The notes beneath the pieces are model-generated. The model was given only the letters and a program-made list of their open reading frames with translations. It had not been told where the DNA came from and searched no databases. From the IMG/VR virus record IMGVR_UViG_3300032327_000957, positions 1 to 51,280 of that record: a stretch of DNA of 51,280 nt. One strand, written 5' to 3'. The stretch comes from a virus. Lineage: Duplodnaviria > Caudoviricetes. Below are positions 50,128 to 51,280 of this stretch, piece by piece. Position 1 is the stretch's first letter. Each line of letters opens with the position of its first letter. The position numbers were made by a program, and so were the translations under genes.

Positions 50128-50183
50128 AAACTTTTTTATTATTTTAATATACAATATTATATTAAAAATAAAATATAAGTTTT

Positions 50184-51280
50184 ATGACTAAAGACGAAAA
50201 AATTAAAAAATTAGATTCGTTAAGAGCTAAAGCTTTTGAAGTGAAAAAAGAAGTGGAGTATTATAACGCCCTTCAATTAGCTTTGAAGCTGGTTCTTAAC
50301 GGTGCCAACCCCCAGTGGGTGTAAATCTACTGGGGGAAAAGAGGTTCTTACGGAGCATTAGCTACGAATTATTTTGTATTATTCAACAATAATGTAGCTG
50401 GCTCGATTACTGCTCATGGTAGAGAAGTAATCCAATTAATGGAAAAAGCAAATGACCATTATTGGTATAATATGTGGCATTTAGATACTGAATTACATGA
50501 AAAGTTAAATCTTAAAAATGTAAGACAAATAGATAAATCTTATCCAGTAAGTATTTATTGTGATACGGATAGTCTTTTTGCCTCATTCCAACCTGCAATG
50601 GATCATTGTGAATGGCAACATATGTATTCAAGTGGATTAGATTTTATCATGGATTTAGATAAGAATAGAATTGCTCAATATTTTATTGATGAATTAGATG
50701 AATATGGTAAAAAGTATGGGGTTGAAAATAAACATGATTTCGAATTAGAAAGAATTTCTGAATCTATAATTAGTATGGCAAAGAAGAAATATATACAACA
50801 TATTGTATATGAAGATGGTATTCCTTATGATAGATTTAATTATATTTATCCAAAAGGAGTTGAGTTGATTAGATCATCTACACCTTTATTTGCAAGAGAA
50901 AAGATTGTAGACATTGTTAAGTATTTATTTAAAAATCCTGATACATTTAACATTAAAGAATTACTTAAATTGGTTAAAGGTTTAAGAAAAGAATTTGATT
51001 TATGTGTTCCTGATAGAATTGATGATATAGCTTTACAATCTTCATGTACTAACTATGATAGAGATGTTAAAAATGATAAAAATAAGTTGGAGTTTGAAAC
51101 AGGTACTCACTTTGCTGTTAAAGCAGCGGCTTATCATAATTTCTTATTATATAAGCATAAAGATTTACAGGCTAAATATGAGTTTATAAAAGGTGGTAGT
51201 AAGATTAAGTATTATTATACTGATAATGCTGAACAACCAATATTTGCTTATTTAAGAGATCAGTTTCCGATTGAGTTTGC
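50184..51280 (+). CDS. Family B DNA polymerase, C-terminal half (gp43B-like), interrupted by a 42-nt stop-containing insertion; runs off window end
   Basis: My translation: MTKDEK...QLALKLVLNG[ANPQWV*IYWGKRG]SYGA...ITAHGR...YCDTDS (50556)...KKKY...KGVELIRSSTP, all in one frame; absent from ORF track. Confidence 0.93.
50301..50345 (+). other. Candidate programmed ribosomal bypass (coding gap) element
   Basis: GGT(50301)...GGT(50343) matched codons; hairpin CCCCCAGTGGGT-GTAA-ATCTACTGGGGG (50309-50336) with in-frame TAA at 50322. Confidence 0.7.

Noticed and set aside
50322-50324. Genome-wide stop-codon reassignment as the explanation for the TAA in the polymerase
   Set aside because: TAA is the dominant stop across the window, TAG and TGA also end genes, and long ORFs are intact in code 11; readthrough would still leave 14 extra residues in motif B.
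50309-50336. Insert hairpin as an intrinsic terminator
   Set aside because: No U-tract follows on the coding strand (AAAAGAGG), and it lies inside a conserved coding motif, unlike the intergenic A/T-flanked terminators.
50302-50343. The insert can be drawn with GT...AG ends (spliceosomal-like) or as a group I/II intron
   Set aside because: The host is bacterial; 42 nt is far too short for a self-splicing core; no register gives both an exon-terminal U and an intron-terminal G; no group II domain V. RNA-level removal by an unknown route is not excluded.
1-51280. tRNA, rRNA or other structured ncRNA genes
   Set aside because: Intergenic gaps are short and AT-rich and I saw no cloverleaf or T-loop signature; a covariance-model scan would be needed to exclude them fully.

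Overview
Very AT-rich 51-kb segment of a large T4-like (myovirus) phage genome. It has no tRNA, rRNA or CRISPR array that I can see, and it uses standard stop codons. It carries structural genes (tail fibres, neck gp13-like, baseplate gp6/gp5/gp53/hub-like) and recombination/replication genes (UvsX, UvsW, probable UvsY and sliding clamp, and the C-terminal half of a split family-B DNA polymerase). It also carries host-like genes (ClpP, GreA, IF3, DnaJ, GuaC, guanylate kinase, a miniature AlaRS, an LpxH-like phosphoesterase plus glycosyltransferase) and three free-standing homing-endonuclease-like genes. Bacteroidota-type promoters and ClpP/GreA signatures point to a Bacteroidota host. Top finding: the polymerase gene starting at 50184, which the ORF track missed, has a 42-nt insertion in the middle of catalytic motif B (KLVLNG|SYG). 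The insert is bounded by matched GGT codons and holds a 12-bp GNRA hairpin with an in-frame TAA in its loop, and an HNH endonuclease gene lies head-to-head with the polymerase gene. This parallels the T4 gene 60/mobA ribosomal-bypass cassette and is a candidate new programmed translational bypass. Other findings are a shared N-terminal leader on about 15 unrelated proteins, three promoter classes and a degenerate intein-like insert in UvsW. All assignments come from motif reading by eye, not database searches.
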